DNA of 38,460 bases, taken from positions 1 to 38,460 of IMG/VR virus record IMGVR_UViG_3300029142_000015, one strand, 5' to 3'. Under the pieces are notes generated by a model. That model was not told the origin of the DNA, searched no databases, and was given only the letters and a program-made list of their open reading frames with translations. The translations under genes were made by a program, and so were the position numbers. Shown here piece after piece: positions 35,966 through 38,460 of this stretch. Each line of letters begins with the position of its first letter. The first letter of the stretch is position 1. Origin of the DNA: a virus. Lineage: Duplodnaviria; Caudoviricetes.

Positions 35966-36252
35966 TGTGGTAAGTATTGAGTTATGCGCTTGGCTAAGTC
36001 GCTCAAGCCGTCGGCTAAATTGGTGAGAGCGTCACCTTGTACAGCACGCTCTACGAGTCGGTTTTCCATACGTTGGCCGTCGCGTTTGGCGGCCAACACT
36101 TCGGTCTGTACATCTACGAGCAGTTCCAAGGTTTGTTCTAGTTCCTCGGTTCCACCAGTGCCGTCGAGCACCGAACCAACCAAGCGGGCAGCTTCACCCG
36201 CCCACTGGTTTATATTATTGTGCTTGTCGCAGATATAAGTCCCATTAATCAT
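35962..36252 (-). CDS. Hypothetical protein
   Basis: 96 aa, helical. Confidence 0.65.
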   Translation of the reverse strand: MINGTYICDKHNNINQWAGEAARLVGSVLDGTGGTEELEQTLELLVDVQTEVLAAKRDGQRMENRLVERAVQGDALTNLADGLSDLAKRITQYLPQ

Positions 36253-37846
36253 CGTTTTTTGGCGCCGGGTCAGTGATAGTAGCGTGGGTCGTTACCAACG
36301 TGGCCACGGCGGTAACCGCCGCTTCGAGAGCGGTTGTGGTTACCAAAGCAGGGTCAGCAATACCAGCGGCAATAGCGTCAGGTATGTGCGTGTGCGTGTT
36401 GGCGTCGTAAGTTGCGGGAGCACCGTTGGCCTGCACTTGGTCAAGCACTGTTGTGGCGTCACGTCCTGCGTTGCGCACAATGCATTTCATTGGCTCTTCC
36501 AATACACGTACCAAAATATTAACGGCAACAGGGTCAAGCGTAGGGGGGGCGTCGGTGCGGAGCTTAGCGGCAACATGCGCCAAGGCAGCTCCACCTCCGG
36601 GCAGCACGCCACTACGAAGTGCAGCAGCGGTTGCGTTAATCGCGTCTTCCACTCGTAGCTTTCGCTCCAAGCGGGCAACTTCGGTGGTGGCACCCACACG
36701 AACTACTCCAACTCCTGATTCCAACTTGGCAGCCCGGTTCACGAGTGCGTTGCGTTGGTCTTCGGTGAGATCGCTAGTCTGGTCGTCGGCTTCGGTTCGA
36801 AGTTGCGTAACGTGCGCAGCTAGAGATTCAGAGTCGGCAGCTCCTACCACTGTTGTCTTCGTGCGGGTAGCGACCACTTTGGATACTTTACCCAGGTAGG
36901 CGCGTTCTAGCAAAGCAGCATCGTTAAGGTCTACTCCGTCGCTGGGACCAATGATTTGCGCGCCGGTGAGGGCTGCAAGGTCTGCGAAGTCGTCGGCGCT
37001 AGTAACGCGAACAACAAGCGAAGTGAATTTACCTTGTACGGTATTAACGGCTGCAGTTGCTAGCGCGCCGTCTCGCATATTCTTACAAAACACAACTAGG
37101 CGCGGTTCCCCTTTCTGGCCCAGGTGATTCATAAGCTTAAGCAAAGATTTCGGATCAGCTAAGTCACGATCAATCACCAAACAAGGGATGTCGGTAAACA
37201 AAGCTTCATTGGTTCGCGGCTGGTTCACAAAGTGAGGTAGCAACCAACCAAAGGGTAAAGTGATTCCTTCAATGGTGTCCACAGTGACACCGGGCTGCGC
37301 GTCGTCCTGGAGCGTTACCGCTGCGTCAGGACCAAGGCGTTCGTAAAGCTCGGCCAGCTGGGTAGCCAACGCGTCGTCTCCTCCGGAACTAATACGGGCA
37401 ACGGCGCGGAGTAGTTCCGTGTTGCCCTGTACGGGCACAGCTACATCATTTAGCAGCTCCAAAACGTGTGCCAAAACCAGTTCCAGTTGGAGTTTGAGTT
37501 GCACGGGATTAGCGTCCTGGAGCTCAACTTGAAGTAAAGCAGCGTCCAAAAGTGCAGCGGCTAGTACCGTGGCGGTTGTGGTTCCGTCTCCGGCGGTTTC
37601 GTTTGCACGAGACGCAACCTGTTTAATGAATTGAGCAGCCAAGTCTTCCGTTGGGTCTTCGAGGGTGATGGACTGAGCAATAGTTACCCCGTCGTTTGTT
37701 ACGAGAGGCGGTTTGCCGTAGCCCTGAGAAGCTATAGCAACGTTGCGGCCGCGGGGGCCCATTGTTGCGGCGACTACAGAGGCTAGGGTGCGTACACCGG
37801 TTTGAATTGAGTGGCGGGCGTTGGACCCGGTTTGAATGTTGTGCAT
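36245..37846 (-). CDS. groEL: Group I chaperonin GroEL
   Basis: TMGPRGRNV, TNDGVTIA, AGDGTTTATVLA, KLRVEDAINAT.AA, PGGG, GIADP; no GGM tail. Confidence 0.95.
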   Translation of the reverse strand: MHNIQTGSNARHSIQTGVRTLASVVAATMGPRGRNVAIASQGYGKPPLVTNDGVTIAQSITLEDPTEDLAAQFIKQVASRANETAGDGTTTATVLAAALLDAALLQVELQDANPVQLKLQLELVLAHVLELLNDVAVPVQGNTELLRAVARISSGGDDALATQLAELYERLGPDAAVTLQDDAQPGVTVDTIEGITLPFGWLLPHFVNQPRTNEALFTDIPCLVIDRDLADPKSLLKLMNHLGQKGEPRLVVFCKNMRDGALATAAVNTVQGKFTSLVVRVTSADDFADLAALTGAQIIGPSDGVDLNDAALLERAYLGKVSKVVATRTKTTVVGAADSESLAAHVTQLRTEADDQTSDLTEDQRNALVNRAAKLESGVGVVRVGATTEVARLERKLRVEDAINATAAALRSGVLPGGGAALAHVAAKLRTDAPPTLDPVAVNILVRVLEEPMKCIVRNAGRDATTVLDQVQANGAPATYDANTHTHIPDAIAAGIADPALVTTTALEAAVTAVATLVTTHATITDPAPKNDD

Positions 37847-37852
37847 ACTGTT

Positions 37853-38080
37853 TTACGCAATTAAGTGTAGTAAAAACTCGTTTGCTAGCTCTTCCGTTAA
37901 GAAAGCGGGCAAAGGATCCGCCATACTAAATAAGTGTTCGCGGCCGGTTGCGGGATCGCGAAGAACCCAGAACTGTGGCGGGTACAGCGGGTCTAGGTTG
38001 ATAGGTACATCACAATGATGGTAACGTTTAGGAGCCCTCGAACGAGCGCAAAGCCAAACGCGTGTGGAGTGGAGTGGCAT
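37853..38080 (-). CDS. Hypothetical protein
   Basis: 75 aa; first gene after the early promoter. Confidence 0.55.
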   Translation of the reverse strand: MPLHSTRVWLCARSRAPKRYHHCDVPINLDPLYPPQFWVLRDPATGREHLFSMADPLPAFLTEELANEFLLHLIA

Positions 38081-38115
38081 ACTATATGTTGTGGTATGGG
38101 GGAGTCGGTAAACAC

Positions 38116-38144
38116 ATTATATAGTAAGTGTGGCAAAAATACAA
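38116..38144 (-). promoter_or_regulatory. Early-operon promoter
   Basis: TTGTAT(38144-39)-17-TATAAT(38121-16). Confidence 0.65.
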
Positions 38145-38153
38145 ACACTTTTA

Positions 38154-38416
38154 CATTTATAAATGCATAAATGCGTGCGTTAGACGCTTGACGTGCGCAG
38201 GTAAATGTTGTGTAATTTCATAATTGGTGCGCTTATGCGTTGTTTGAAAATCGTCGATTTTGGCCATCATAAATGCACGATTTTGGCCAAAAAAGCGTTT
38301 ATAAATGTAAAAGTGCATTTATGGCGCGTAAAAATGCATTTTTAAAATGGCTTGTGTAAGCCGTTAATCGGTATAAATGTTATAAATGTTATAAATGCAT
38401 ATACGAACATTTATAA
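38154..38416. repeat. TATAAATG/CATTTATA repeat array (right part of candidate origin)
   Basis: Palindrome CATTTATAAATG 38154-65; TTTATAAATG 38298-307; TATAAATG x3 at 38372-97; CATTTATAA 38408-16; CGATTTTGGCCA x2 at 38255 and 38278. Confidence 0.75.
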
Positions 38417-38460
38417 AAATGTATTCGTTAATATCTCTCATTAGATCGTGACTGGGAAAC

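Noticed and set aside
5071-36899. Numerous opposite-strand or nested ORFs in the track (e.g. 15076-15582, 26419-26940, 36426-36899)
   Set aside because: Shadows of well-supported genes, with no motifs or coupling.
38154-38416. CRISPR array
   Set aside because: Repeats are only 8-12 bp, in both orientations, without regular unique spacers.
1-38460. Stop-codon reassignment
   Set aside because: Core genes are intact in code 11; TGA occurs in many ATGA overlaps and TAG ends genes cleanly.

Overview
This looks like an essentially complete ~38.5 kb short-tailed (podovirus-type) dsDNA phage genome, probably circular or circularly permuted, opened inside an AT-rich repeat region. The + strand (1246-21929) carries TerS, TerL, a GroES-like co-chaperonin, an RNA island, portal, scaffold, capsid, adaptor, nozzle, fibre, ejection proteins and an M23 lysin/holin/HNH cassette. 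The - strand (38080 to 22053, plus 1138 to 249) carries GroEL, a helicase-primase with reversed domain order, an Rnl2-type RNA ligase, a TPR protein, T4-type PNKP, an SSB-like protein, a PD-(D/E)XK nuclease, a RuvC-like resolvase, a metallophosphoesterase and many small ORFs. I saw no integrase or DNA polymerase. Promoters are sigma70-like but genes lack Shine-Dalgarno sites. Strongest unexplained signals: (1) a minus-strand hairpin sRNA (4838-4906) with its own promoter, whose loop is complementary to C-rich leaders of about ten early genes and also displays GGAGGU; (2) a probable -1 frameshift adding a DDLPF acidic tail to the SSB; (3) a ~270 nt tRNA-shaped RNA with large structured insertions. 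All calls come from reading motifs by eye; no database search or folding program was run.
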